DNA from: a virus
Lineage: Duplodnaviria > Caudoviricetes
Reading direction: 5' to 3' (one strand)
IMG/VR virus record: IMGVR_UViG_3300030330_005822
Coordinates: 1-47,369 of that record
DNA length: 47,369 bases
Part shown: piece by piece, positions 1 to 8,524 of the stretch
Numbering within the stretch: the first letter of the stretch is position 1
How the letters are laid out: every line of letters starts with the position of its first letter
The notes under the pieces: model-generated
The model's input: the letters and a program-made list of their open reading frames with translations, nothing else
Told to the model about the DNA's origin: nothing
The model's database searches: none
Translations under genes and position numbers: made by a program

Positions 1-2
1 CT

Positions 3-101
3 CTAAAAAACTCAATCACCCCGATTCCAGAACAGATCATCCGATCCATTGAGCTGCAGTTTGACGTATTTAAACCCCTTAGATTTTTAGGAGTAAAATA
101 A
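3..101 (+). CDS. 3' end of a truncated hypothetical gene
   Basis: Open frame LKNSITPIPEQIIRSIELQFDVFKPLRFLGVK* from the window edge; its TAA overlaps the next ATG (TAATG). Confidence 0.4.
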   Translation, partial: LKNSITPIPEQIIRSIELQFDVFKPLRFLGVK

Positions 102-340
102 TGGGTATTGAATTTAACACAGATAACTTAACTGAAGAGCAACGAGACTTACTTGATGATGTGCATGATGCCGGTGGTCTAGCAAGTTTCATCATCTCAG
201 GTACAGATGAAGTTGACAGTGCTGTTGATTGCCCGGATTTTGACTTAGTTGTTGAAGGCCATTGGCTCGGCGATTACCTGATCAGCTTCAATGCATACAA
301 AGAGGGCGTATGGGCTGTGGAGTATCAACTCTTAGATTAA
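101..340 (+). CDS. Acidic hypothetical protein
   Basis: 79-aa ORF with AGGAG RBS upstream and TAATG coupling. Confidence 0.7.
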   Translation: MGIEFNTDNLTEEQRDLLDDVHDAGGLASFIISGTDEVDSAVDCPDFDLVVEGHWLGDYLISFNAYKEGVWAVEYQLLD

Positions 341-380
341 TTACCTTACTGACTTTTCAACAACTCCCCTCCATCCATTC

Positions 381-389
381 TGATATAAT
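381..389 (+). promoter_or_regulatory. Extended -10 promoter element (TGnTATAAT)
   Basis: TGATATAAT upstream of the ATG at 421; a motif copy (351-365) overlaps the expected -35 region. Confidence 0.55.
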
Positions 390-420
390 AGACTCTGTTC
401 ACAAAACGGAGTCTTTTTTT

Positions 421-768
421 ATGGAATCAATCACATCGATACTAACTGAAATACTACCTGCCCTCCTAGCCGGCGGTGGATTGCTTTGGAACTTCTCAAA
501 AGAGATCACCCGGATCCAGGCGCAGCTCCAAGCCTTGCGACATCAAATAGAGGATTGCAAAGGACACATTGAATCGAATAGACAAGGCAGGATTGAAGTC
601 TTTGGAGTCATCAACAGCTCCTTGAAGCCTCAAATCCAAAACGCATCCGAGCGTATTGCCAGATTAGAGGAAAGAGTTCATGGGGGGGTGGATTCAAAAG
701 AGATCTATTCCAGGTTGGCGAGGTTGGAAGCCGAGCTTAATTGCCTTGAAGAGAAAGCAACGAAATAA
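421..768 (+). CDS. Small membrane protein: N-terminal hydrophobic helix plus coiled coil
   Basis: Likely start MESITSILTEILPALLAGGGLLW with GGAG RBS; heptad-like IARLEERV / LARLEAEL; stop abuts the cyclase ATG. Confidence 0.7.
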   Translation: MESITSILTEILPALLAGGGLLWNFSKEITRIQAQLQALRHQIEDCKGHIESNRQGRIEVFGVINSSLKPQIQNASERIARLEERVHGGVDSKEIYSRLARLEAELNCLEEKATK

Positions 769-1611
769 ATGAATCCCATTGAGCCAACCTTTGCGATCAT
801 CGTTGTGATCGACTTAGCCAACTCCACCCGCTTCATTGAGAAAGTAGGAGACAGGAGAGCTGCAGAGGTATTTAGGCTCTATGACCGGATCTTTCGAGGT
901 CTGTTGATCAAGTATGATGGGATTGAAATAGACAAGACTGATGGAGCCCTCCTCATCTTTGAGTCCATCAGGGACGCTGTAAGATATTCATTGGAGTATC
1001 ACAAACTAGTTGAGACCCACCTGCAGCTACAAAGCAGGGTAGGCATTCATGCCGGGATTGTGATGATGAGCTCCAATTCCCAAATATGGGTATCCAGGGG
1101 AGCTAAACCAATCGAGGTGGAGGGCGTTCACAAGTCAATCTGTGCAAGGGTTTGCTCATTAGCTGATCCGGGTCAAACACTAATGACTGAAAGAGCAGCC
1201 CAGGTAGCTATGGCGCACGCCTCCTCAATTGGAGGTCTCCTCTTTGGGAATATGGGGAAGTACATCCTGAAGGGTGTCAAGAATCCGATGGCAATATATG
1301 GGGTGGCATTAAAAGCTCAAAGAGATCGGCTCCACCTCCCTTCTCCTAAAGAGAAAGTCAAGTTGCACTCCCGACCCCCCATATCGACCAAGGAAAAATG
1401 GAAAAGGAGGTTCCGAAGATATGTTATCCCATACCTCCTGCTGCATAGCGTCCGAGCGTATCTCCTGTTGATGTCGATATGGGAGTTTCCATCCGGAATA
1501 ATCAACAAGTCAATCGATCAACTGGATGCGATCATCCACACAATACATTCACTCCCAAATCCGTATTTTTGGATTCAGGTGTGGAGGTCAATATCTGAAT
1601 GGATGATCTAA
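769..1611 (+). CDS. Class III (adenylate/guanylate-type) nucleotidyl cyclase domain with hydrophobic C-terminus
   Basis: IDLANST, IDKTDG, RVGIHAG, ARVCSLADPGQTLM and LKGVKNP match the class III cyclase motif order; basic stretch followed by a hydrophobic helix at the C-terminus. Confidence 0.85.
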   Translation: MNPIEPTFAIIVVIDLANSTRFIEKVGDRRAAEVFRLYDRIFRGLLIKYDGIEIDKTDGALLIFESIRDAVRYSLEYHKLVETHLQLQSRVGIHAGIVMMSSNSQIWVSRGAKPIEVEGVHKSICARVCSLADPGQTLMTERAAQVAMAHASSIGGLLFGNMGKYILKGVKNPMAIYGVALKAQRDRLHLPSPKEKVKLHSRPPISTKEKWKRRFRRYVIPYLLLHSVRAYLLLMSIWEFPSGIINKSIDQLDAIIHTIHSLPNPYFWIQVWRSISEWMI

Positions 1612-2438
1612 GTTAAAAAAAAGAATTTAGATTACCTTCAGTAATATTCCATTAGCGAAACTTTAGTTTTTTATTTTTTTTAATATTAACTTTTTCTTTG
1701 TTTTGAATCCTAAGCGCACTTTGGGTCATCATGGCTACCCATATATATGTTATTAATTTAAACGCCATTACAGGGCCTTCTAGGGGCCTCCATGAAAACC
1801 ACGCCTAGGTGGATCTAATTTTTAAAAAAAGACAATTTTTAACCCTTCGATTTACCCCCTTTTATTTTTTTTATACTTCCTTATGGGATTTTTGATACTT
1901 GGGTATTGATAATACTGGGTTTGGGGATTTGGCCTATTTTGACCCCGGAAGCTCCAATATGGTAGTAAAAGGGTGCATACCCCCCATAGAAATCGGCTAC
2001 CAGGGCGCAAGCTGCGCCTAAATCGACCATAAAATAAAGGGATCCCATAAATGCGTTTTAAGCCACTTTAAATCCAATACCCTACCCATGGGTATGGATA
2101 ATCCAAAAAAGCTCCTTAGAAGCCAAATACAGGCCCTTAAAACATGACGTTTAAGGCCCTTAAAAAGTAATCGGGATCGTTCGATATAGCTGAGAGTAAA
2201 CAAACAGTAAAAGACTAGAGAAAGAAGATTATGATTATGATCAGGTCTTTTGTTTTACTTGGTACATCTTGTTTATTAGTTATATGCTGTTACTTTTGTA
2301 TATTTATGTGTATTATGTCTTATGATTTTTATTTTGTCAAATTGCCGCAAAATTTGGTGGTTTCTTACCGTAGTTAATCTAGGGCCGAAAATGTGGAGGT
2401 CTGGATCAACGACTTGTTTATTTTGATAGGGAGTAGAC
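1612..2438. other. Long AT-rich non-coding region
   Basis: About 830 bp with no credible ORF; homopolymer tracts; short palindromes (TACCCATGGGTA; GGCGCA-agc-TGCGCC). Confidence 0.7.
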
Positions 2439-3026
2439 ATGACTATGCGTATATGTGTAGAGGGTATTATGGGTGCGGGTAAAAGTAGTTTAGTTAATGG
2501 TCTTCGATGCGCCGAAAATTTCAATATTTTTGACGAGGCCGTTATGTTTGATGGTGAAGTGGATAATGGGTTCTTTACTCAGATAAAGTTTTTAAAGTCT
2601 AGACATGATCAATGGAAGTCCTATGCGCCGGATTTTTTCAATGTGTATGACCGATCTGTTTGGTCAGATAGTGTCTTTGCCCGGATTGGTTTATCCTATG
2701 GGGATATCTCTTGTTCTGAGTTTGATCTTTACTTAGCAGCACGCCGAATCTTTCTTGAATCTTCTCCTTTGCCTGATGTGATCTTCTTTCTTGATATCGA
2801 AGCTGAACAAGCTATGAATCGAGTTAAAGCCCGTGGGAATATTGATCAAGATGTTAACTATGGTTTCCTGTTGCGCCAAAAAGTAGCCTATGAACTTTTT
2901 CTTGAAGAGATGGAGGCTAAGGGAGTTGAAGTTGTCTGCATTGATGGCTGCGATTCAAAAGAAAGCATCCTTGAATGCGTAATTACTATGACTAAGGACT
3001 TTTCAACAACTTATGGAGAAAAATAA
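2439..3026 (+). CDS. Deoxynucleoside / dNMP kinase
   Basis: P-loop EGIMGAGKSS, DRSVWSD motif, lid RVKARG. Confidence 0.85.
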   Translation: MTMRICVEGIMGAGKSSLVNGLRCAENFNIFDEAVMFDGEVDNGFFTQIKFLKSRHDQWKSYAPDFFNVYDRSVWSDSVFARIGLSYGDISCSEFDLYLAARRIFLESSPLPDVIFFLDIEAEQAMNRVKARGNIDQDVNYGFLLRQKVAYELFLEEMEAKGVEVVCIDGCDSKESILECVITMTKDFSTTYGEK

Positions 3027-3027
3027 T

Positions 3028-3264
3028 ATGGCAAATTGGGCAACCCCTACAGTATGTGATTCTTACCAAAGAGAAAGATCTTTGGATAAGGCAATCGAGA
3101 GGGCTAATGGTGTGAGAAAAGGACGCAAGGCTCCAGGTACACTAACTGAGCAAGTATGCTTTCCATGGACACAACAAGTTTACTCGTTAGTTTCTGCCTA
3201 CAATAAAGAAAACAGCAAAGAAGATATTTACGAATATGTGAAAAGGAGACTAAATGTTAATTAA
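3028..3264 (+). CDS. Small protein made of one WxTP...L.EQV module (C5-MTase variable-region-like)
   Basis: MANWATPTVCD...GTLTEQVC resembles the WGTP/WATP units of the 4895-6181 ORF; GGAG RBS before ATG 3028. Confidence 0.65.
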   Translation: MANWATPTVCDSYQRERSLDKAIERANGVRKGRKAPGTLTEQVCFPWTQQVYSLVSAYNKENSKEDIYEYVKRRLNVN

Positions 3265-4396
3265 TGGTGACTGCTTAGAAGAACTAAAGAAACTTGAGGC
3301 CAACTCAGTACACTCAGTAGTATCTGATCCACCTTACGGACTATCGATAATAAAGTCTTTTCAACAAACCATCCTTACCTGGTTGACTGAAGATGATTCG
3401 TTTATTCCAAAAGGAAAAGGATTTATGGATAAATCATGGGATTCCTTCGTGCCTCCACCTGCCGTATGGAAAGAAGTATATCGAGTCCTTAAACCAGGAG
3501 GACACGCTTTGATTTTCTCAGGTTCAAGAACACAAGACATAATGGGTATCAGCTTAAGACTTGCCGGATTTGAAGTAAGAGATGTTATTCAATGGATATA
3601 TTCAAGCGGTTTTCCAAAATCCCATAACTTAGGCATTGCTGTGGACAAGGTATTGGGAAACGAAAGAACTAATCTAGGGCGCAATCCAAACAGCCGAGAA
3701 AACATTAAGCAAGAGGATTCACTGTACAGACTTGGTACAGCAGGAAAGACAGGTTTTATCACAAAAGGAAGCTCAGATTGGGAGGGGTGGGGTACTGCAC
3801 TTAAACCTGCGTACGAACCTGTGCTTTTAGTTCGGAAACCAATCGAGAGTTCAACTGTAGCTAAGAACTGTATTGAACATGGCGCAGGAGGTCTTAACAT
3901 TGACGCTACTAGGATTGAGTATGATCCGGATGAGAAACTAAGTTGGGGTGTTCAAAGACAGCAACAAAAAGGAGACAATGGGTGGAGTGGTCATGTCGCT
4001 AAGGTAGGCACTGAAATAGAAAGATATAAAGCTAATGGTCGGTTTCCATCGAACGTCATGTTAACCGGAGTTGATGAGGAGTGGAGTAGATACTTTTACT
4101 GTAAAAAAGCAAGTAAGAAAGAAAAGGGTGAAGGCAACATTCATCCTACAGTCAAACCCATTGACCTGATGAAATATCTTTGCAGACTAATTACTCCAAA
4201 AGGAGGCACAATTCTTGACCCATTCATGGGCAGTGGAACCACCGGAATAGCTGCTAACTTAGAAGGTTTCGAGTTCATTGGAATAGAACGTGAAGAGCAG
4301 TATTTCCATATTGCTAAAACAAGGATATCAGAGTATAGTTCAACTGAAGATGAACTCATTGATGGTGAGTACATTCAACTAGACTTATTCGGATGA
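3254..4396 (+). CDS. DNA N6-adenine/N4-cytosine methyltransferase (beta class)
   Basis: Catalytic DPPY near the N-terminus; HPTVKP and SAM-binding DPFMGSGTTG near the C-terminus. Confidence 0.93.
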   Translation: MLINGDCLEELKKLEANSVHSVVSDPPYGLSIIKSFQQTILTWLTEDDSFIPKGKGFMDKSWDSFVPPPAVWKEVYRVLKPGGHALIFSGSRTQDIMGISLRLAGFEVRDVIQWIYSSGFPKSHNLGIAVDKVLGNERTNLGRNPNSRENIKQEDSLYRLGTAGKTGFITKGSSDWEGWGTALKPAYEPVLLVRKPIESSTVAKNCIEHGAGGLNIDATRIEYDPDEKLSWGVQRQQQKGDNGWSGHVAKVGTEIERYKANGRFPSNVMLTGVDEEWSRYFYCKKASKKEKGEGNIHPTVKPIDLMKYLCRLITPKGGTILDPFMGSGTTGIAANLEGFEFIGIEREEQYFHIAKTRISEYSSTEDELIDGEYIQLDLFG

Positions 4397-4400
4397 CATA

Positions 4401-4880
4401 ATGAAAGACAAAATTGAAGCCCTATATCCAAAGATGAAGTACCAGGTCATGGCAATTTTCACTCCCTACTATGATCGATTTACTTCTGAAGAATTTACAC
4501 AAGATGTGTTTGTATTAGCTTTATCAAATGTTCATAAATTTAATGGCCAATGCAAACTGAATAATTGGATATACAAAATAGCCAAAAACCTATGCAATGA
4601 AAAACTAAGAAGAGACGTTTATAGAGACAAGCAAATCAGCCGCTTTTTTGAATTAGAGTTGGTTGATTACTCAACACCAGAAAAAAAACTTATTGACAAG
4701 ACAGAACTAAACAATGTTATAGATAATTTTAATAAACTTAATGATTTTGATAAAGATGTAATTATTAATGCTGTAAAAGGCATTAAGGCTGAAAAGGCAT
4801 CAAAAGAAATCGGAGTTTCCGAATCGGCGTACAAAGTGCGCTTATATAGAGCAAGAAAACGCTTAAGACAAACTACATGA
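4401..4880 (+). CDS. ECF-type RNA polymerase sigma factor
   Basis: Region 2 QDVFVLA...WIYKIAKNLC; region 4 ASKEIGVSESAYKVRLYRARKRLR. Confidence 0.88.
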   Translation: MKDKIEALYPKMKYQVMAIFTPYYDRFTSEEFTQDVFVLALSNVHKFNGQCKLNNWIYKIAKNLCNEKLRRDVYRDKQISRFFELELVDYSTPEKKLIDKTELNNVIDNFNKLNDFDKDVIINAVKGIKAEKASKEIGVSESAYKVRLYRARKRLRQTT

Positions 4881-4890
4881 AAGGAATACA

Positions 4891-6027
4891 ATGAATGTGG
4901 ATATTACCAAAAAACCTTCCGAACTCACCCATATCTCCCTCTGTTCCGGATACGGAGGAATTGACCTCGGATTTAAACGAGCTGGCTTGCCTATCCGAAC
5001 AGTCACTTATGTGGAGATCGAAACCTTCGTCTGCCAAAACTTGGTTGCGAAGATGGAAAAAGGGTGGATTGATGTCGCTCCTATCTGGACGAATCTTAAA
5101 ACCTTCAATTGGGGACTCTTTAATGGAAAAGTGGATATCCTCAGTGGAGGCTTCCCTTGTCAGCCATTTAGTCAAGCAGGAAGAAGGGATGGAAGTGAAG
5201 ACCCAAGACACCTGTGGCCGTACATCGTTGAAGGAATCAAACAGTTGGGAAGACCTCCCGTTGTTTTCTTTGAAAACGTTGAAGGAATCATCAGCTCAAA
5301 GCTCAAAGGAGACACATGGCTTGACCCAGAAGGAACAAGTGTTCTGCACCATGTCCTCAAAGAGTTGGAAAGATTGGGTTACGAAGCAACGGCAGGCGTA
5401 TTCTCAGCGAGTGAAGTCGGTGCGCCCCATCAACGAAAACGAGTCTTTATACTTGGTGTCAATTCAAGACTCAACAAGCAAGGAAGAGACTTTATTACTT
5501 CAAAACTCTCTAGAGGATTCAGACCTATCTTGGGGGACTCCGAGATCAACGATGAGCACCTACGGCGAGACAGAGGTGTTGACGAAGGAGGGGAAGTTCA
5601 AGAAGGAGTGGCAATTCAGACTAGAGAACCAAGTGTGCGAAATGAAAGATGGATTGCTTACCCCGCAGCAAGAGGAGTTGGTCAATACTCGTGGGAACCT
5701 CCAAGAACAGTCATGGGCCACACCGGCAAGTCGGGATTGGAAGGGGAAGTACCCCAAACACTCTCAAGAAAAGAAACTCCGAAGCTTCCTGCCGGATCAG
5801 GCTCACATCGGTTCGTATGTGGGGAGACTGAATCCTCGTTGGGTAGAGACCTTGATGGGTGTACCAGTGGGGTGGACATCTCCGAATTGTACACACGTAC
5901 TGACAATAGAACAGATGAACTTAGAATGCTTGGAAACGGAGTTGTACCTGCAACATGCACAAGAGCAATCAGAGTCTTGTGGAGCCAATTGGGGCACTCC
6001 TACAACGAGCCAACTTCAGTTAAATGA
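4891..6027 (+). CDS. dcm: C5-cytosine DNA methyltransferase, catalytic (alpha) chain lacking motif IX
   Basis: Motif I LCSGYGG, IV GGFPCQPFS, VI FFENVEG, VIII PHQRKRVFILG, X LRMLGNGVVP; no motif IX in this frame. Confidence 0.92.
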   Translation: MNVDITKKPSELTHISLCSGYGGIDLGFKRAGLPIRTVTYVEIETFVCQNLVAKMEKGWIDVAPIWTNLKTFNWGLFNGKVDILSGGFPCQPFSQAGRRDGSEDPRHLWPYIVEGIKQLGRPPVVFFENVEGIISSKLKGDTWLDPEGTSVLHHVLKELERLGYEATAGVFSASEVGAPHQRKRVFILGVNSRLNKQGRDFITSKLSRGFRPILGDSEINDEHLRRDRGVDEGGEVQEGVAIQTREPSVRNERWIAYPAARGVGQYSWEPPRTVMGHTGKSGLEGEVPQTLSRKETPKLPAGSGSHRFVCGETESSLGRDLDGCTSGVDISELYTRTDNRTDELRMLGNGVVPATCTRAIRVLWSQLGHSYNEPTSVK

Positions 6028-6181
6028 ATCTTTGGGTGCGTACTTGCGAAGATCTAAAAAGAGAATTGATACCGGCAAATCTGTTTTTCCTACTCAGTTG
6101 ACTTTTGAAGTTGAGGCTGAGGAATCCGGAGTAGATATTAAGAAAGAACTAGAAGAACACAAGAAAGTAGTGAACAAATAA
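4895..6181 (+). CDS. Overlapping +1-frame C5-MTase beta chain carrying motif IX and three WxTP modules
   Basis: 428 codons open across the whole MTase gene; RLNPRWVETLMGVPVGWT is motif-IX-like; WGTP (5531), WATP (5714), WGTP (5990). Confidence 0.8.
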   Translation: MWILPKNLPNSPISPSVPDTEELTSDLNELACLSEQSLMWRSKPSSAKTWLRRWKKGGLMSLLSGRILKPSIGDSLMEKWISSVEASLVSHLVKQEEGMEVKTQDTCGRTSLKESNSWEDLPLFSLKTLKESSAQSSKETHGLTQKEQVFCTMSSKSWKDWVTKQRQAYSQRVKSVRPINENESLYLVSIQDSTSKEETLLLQNSLEDSDLSWGTPRSTMSTYGETEVLTKEGKFKKEWQFRLENQVCEMKDGLLTPQQEELVNTRGNLQEQSWATPASRDWKGKYPKHSQEKKLRSFLPDQAHIGSYVGRLNPRWVETLMGVPVGWTSPNCTHVLTIEQMNLECLETELYLQHAQEQSESCGANWGTPTTSQLQLNESLGAYLRRSKKRIDTGKSVFPTQLTFEVEAEESGVDIKKELEEHKKVVNK

Positions 6182-6182
6182 A

Positions 6183-6509
6183 ATGAACAAATTACCTACC
6201 CCCATGTCTTTTCAACAACTCATAAACGATGATGACCCTCCACATATCAAAGACCTAATTGAATTGCTTCATGCATTTGCGATGGATTCAGCCCCTATGG
6301 AATTTTTGATGTTTCCAAAAAGATTCAATACCTGCCTGGTAGGTCATACACATCAGGGCAATCCGGTATATGACTATTCTTGCATGATCTCTATTTACTG
6401 TGCAGAGGATAAGATGACTGTTGAAGAGGCTGTTGAGTTTATGGATTACAACGTACTTGGCGTGCGGTATGGAGCTGGTGTCATTCACCCTATCGTGTTA
6501 TTTGTTTAA
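6183..6509 (+). CDS. Conserved phage hypothetical protein
   Basis: VYDY...MTVEEAVEFMDYNVLG pattern, which I recall from aquatic phage hypotheticals. Confidence 0.7.
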   Translation: MNKLPTPMSFQQLINDDDPPHIKDLIELLHAFAMDSAPMEFLMFPKRFNTCLVGHTHQGNPVYDYSCMISIYCAEDKMTVEEAVEFMDYNVLGVRYGAGVIHPIVLFV

Positions 6510-6694
6510 TCCCGTGGTATGACATAGTGTTTAGCTACCTCCTCGAAAGATACACATGAATGAGGAATTAAATAGTAGTTGTCATAAAACAAACACTGAA
6601 CCCCATATGTGCTTTCAAAGACTCCTATCAAGATAGCTGGAAAAGATCTACCATCCATCCTAACTTCAACTATTTCGCCGATGCGTTTATCCAT
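6506..6694 (-). CDS. Hypothetical protein (small beta-rich, SH3-like)
   Basis: 62-aa ORF coupled to the PhoH stop; last gene of the - strand block. Confidence 0.55.
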   Translation of the reverse strand: MDKRIGEIVEVRMDGRSFPAILIGVFESTYGVQCLFYDNYYLIPHSCVSFEEVAKHYVIPRD

Positions 6695-7577
6695 AATCTA
6701 ATGTATCCGAATCTATTGATCTGTCTTCGAGCTCTTGAAGCTCTTTTAGTACGTTTGCAGCAAGTGTAGCCATAGGGCCCCGATATTGACCTGTTAGCTT
6801 AACACCAATTGCAAATTCACTATCAAAAAAAGAATCACTACATACCAAAGCAAACAATCCAGTCTCTTTCCACCTAGAACCGGAATCGATTTGAGATGGA
6901 TCCCCTAACACAATACAAGTCGAGTTCTCCCCCACACGAGAAATGATTGACATCAATTCATGGGGTGAGCAGTTTTGCGCTTCATCGACAATGAGTACAG
7001 TGTTTTCAAAGTGCATACCCCGAATTAATTCCAAGGGCTGAAACTGTAGTTTGCCCTCTTCCTCCATCTGATACAAATGATGTTCAGCCGAGTCTCCGAG
7101 TATTTTTCTAATGCTAACCAAATAGGAATCAATGTACCCAGCAAGTTTTTCCCGATGATCACCTGGAATGGCTCCAATGGCATTACTCTTTTGACCAACA
7201 AAAATTGTAGGCTTACACAAGACAATGTTCATGTCTTTTCTAAATAATTGATGCAAAGCATATGCTAGTGATAAAGATGTCTTGCCTGTACCTGCTGCGC
7301 CTAAGCCTACTACAAGCTCGAAGTTCTTTAGTGCATGAAAAAAACAGGATTGAGTGATATCCCGTGGCTTCATACTAGAAAATTGAACCCCCTTCACATT
7401 TACTCTAGTCAATGAATCCCCATTAGCACATGCGATACCTGAGGAGCCATCTTCTCCTTTGAAGAGAAAGTAATTAGAGTCTGGATCTAGAACATAGTCT
7501 TCAATGTTTAGAGACCCTGTTCTGTGGAGTTCGTCTACAGTTTTTTTACTGCACTCTATTGTCTGTAATTCAAGCAT
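6687..7577 (-). CDS. phoH: PhoH-family ATPase
   Basis: GAAGTGKT, IPGDHREK, RGMHF, DEAQN, GDPSQID. Confidence 0.93.
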   Translation of the reverse strand: MLELQTIECSKKTVDELHRTGSLNIEDYVLDPDSNYFLFKGEDGSSGIACANGDSLTRVNVKGVQFSSMKPRDITQSCFFHALKNFELVVGLGAAGTGKTSLSLAYALHQLFRKDMNIVLCKPTIFVGQKSNAIGAIPGDHREKLAGYIDSYLVSIRKILGDSAEHHLYQMEEEGKLQFQPLELIRGMHFENTVLIVDEAQNCSPHELMSIISRVGENSTCIVLGDPSQIDSGSRWKETGLFALVCSDSFFDSEFAIGVKLTGQYRGPMATLAANVLKELQELEDRSIDSDTLDYG

Positions 7578-7628
7578 ACATCCTCCATTGTTTGTATGTA
7601 CACTTGATGTTATCAGAACTCAGTTTAA

Positions 7629-7841
7629 CTATGACTTTGGATTGAAGTCTTTTGCTTGGACTTCTTCTTTTTTTACTAATCGATTGAAGGCATCTGCTAG
7701 TTTTTGGGCTACTTCCACACTCGGTCTTCGTTTGCCTGCCAAAATTTGAACAGTGTAAGTATAAGAAACACCTGCTACCTCTGCCAGGTCCTTAAACTTC
7801 ACATCCATATTTTTGGCTTTGAGCTTAATTCTTGTCATCAT
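7629..7841 (-). CDS. XRE-family helix-turn-helix regulator
   Basis: DLAEVAGVSYTYTVQILAGKRRPSVEVAQKLA; ATG at 7841 overlaps the thyX stop (ATGA). Confidence 0.85.
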   Translation of the reverse strand: MMTRIKLKAKNMDVKFKDLAEVAGVSYTYTVQILAGKRRPSVEVAQKLADAFNRLVKKEEVQAKDFNPKS

Positions 7842-8524
7842 AAATCTATACCTTTTTGACTTTTCAACATCTCTTGCATTGTTAATGGAAAAACATTTGC
7901 CAAACACATATAAACACCTTTGGCTACTGATCTAGTTTCATGTTGGGTGTGTTCATCTAGTCTTAGCTTTAGAAACTTAACCCAGTTGAGCAGATTGCCG
8001 GTCATCCAAAACGTTGTGTACATTGACTGCGGTAATATCATTCTAGCTTGTTCTCGACTCACCCCTCCTTCAATCAGCTTATTGAAGTTTGCTAGACAGT
8101 AGTTAGTGTTCTGCACATACAGATCATAAAGACCAAAGTCTTCGATCTCTTCATTAGTTGAACACTGCAAGTTCTTCTTTGCTTGTTTTCTCAATTTTGA
8201 TGGAATATAAAACTGAAGATCCTCTGCTGTATATCGCCGGCTGACTTCATTAAAGGAGAATGTTCTATGACGCATGATTTGAGCCCTACAGAACAAAGGA
8301 CACACTATACGCATCGTTGCAGTCGAATGCTCAAATGGGGAAGTGTGATGCTCCCTGATGAGGAATTGCATCAACTTCAAGTCTCTTTCATTCATATCAC
8401 GATCTAGTGTCTCAGTATCTCTAGCTAATGATACCCTAGCACTTGCCACTGCACGTTGATCGTCTCCCATAAAGTCAATTAGTTCAACGCAACCAATGTT
8501 GTCATCATAAATATCTACTCTCAT
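7838..8524 (-). CDS. thyX: Flavin-dependent thymidylate synthase
   Basis: HTSPFEH, RHRTFSFNEVSRRY (RHRx7S), REQARMILP. Confidence 0.96.
   Translation of the reverse strand: MRVDIYDDNIGCVELIDFMGDDQRAVASARVSLARDTETLDRDMNERDLKLMQFLIREHHTSPFEHSTATMRIVCPLFCRAQIMRHRTFSFNEVSRRYTAEDLQFYIPSKLRKQAKKNLQCSTNEEIEDFGLYDLYVQNTNYCLANFNKLIEGGVSREQARMILPQSMYTTFWMTGNLLNWVKFLKLRLDEHTQHETRSVAKGVYMCLANVFPLTMQEMLKSQKGIDL

Noticed and set aside
262-420. N-terminal extension of the 262-768 ORF
   Set aside because: It overlaps the previous gene and a promoter; the ATG at 421 has the RBS
1612-2438. tRNA genes or real CDSs (2018-2203, 2276-2524) in the intergenic region
   Set aside because: No cloverleaf or T-loop GTTCRA context recognised; the ORFs are short, on the opposite strand to their neighbours and lack RBS or motifs
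4891-6181. Sequencing frameshift or pseudogene as the cause of the two MTase frames
   Set aside because: Both frames are open for more than 1.1 kb and motif X returns to the first frame, which a single indel cannot produce
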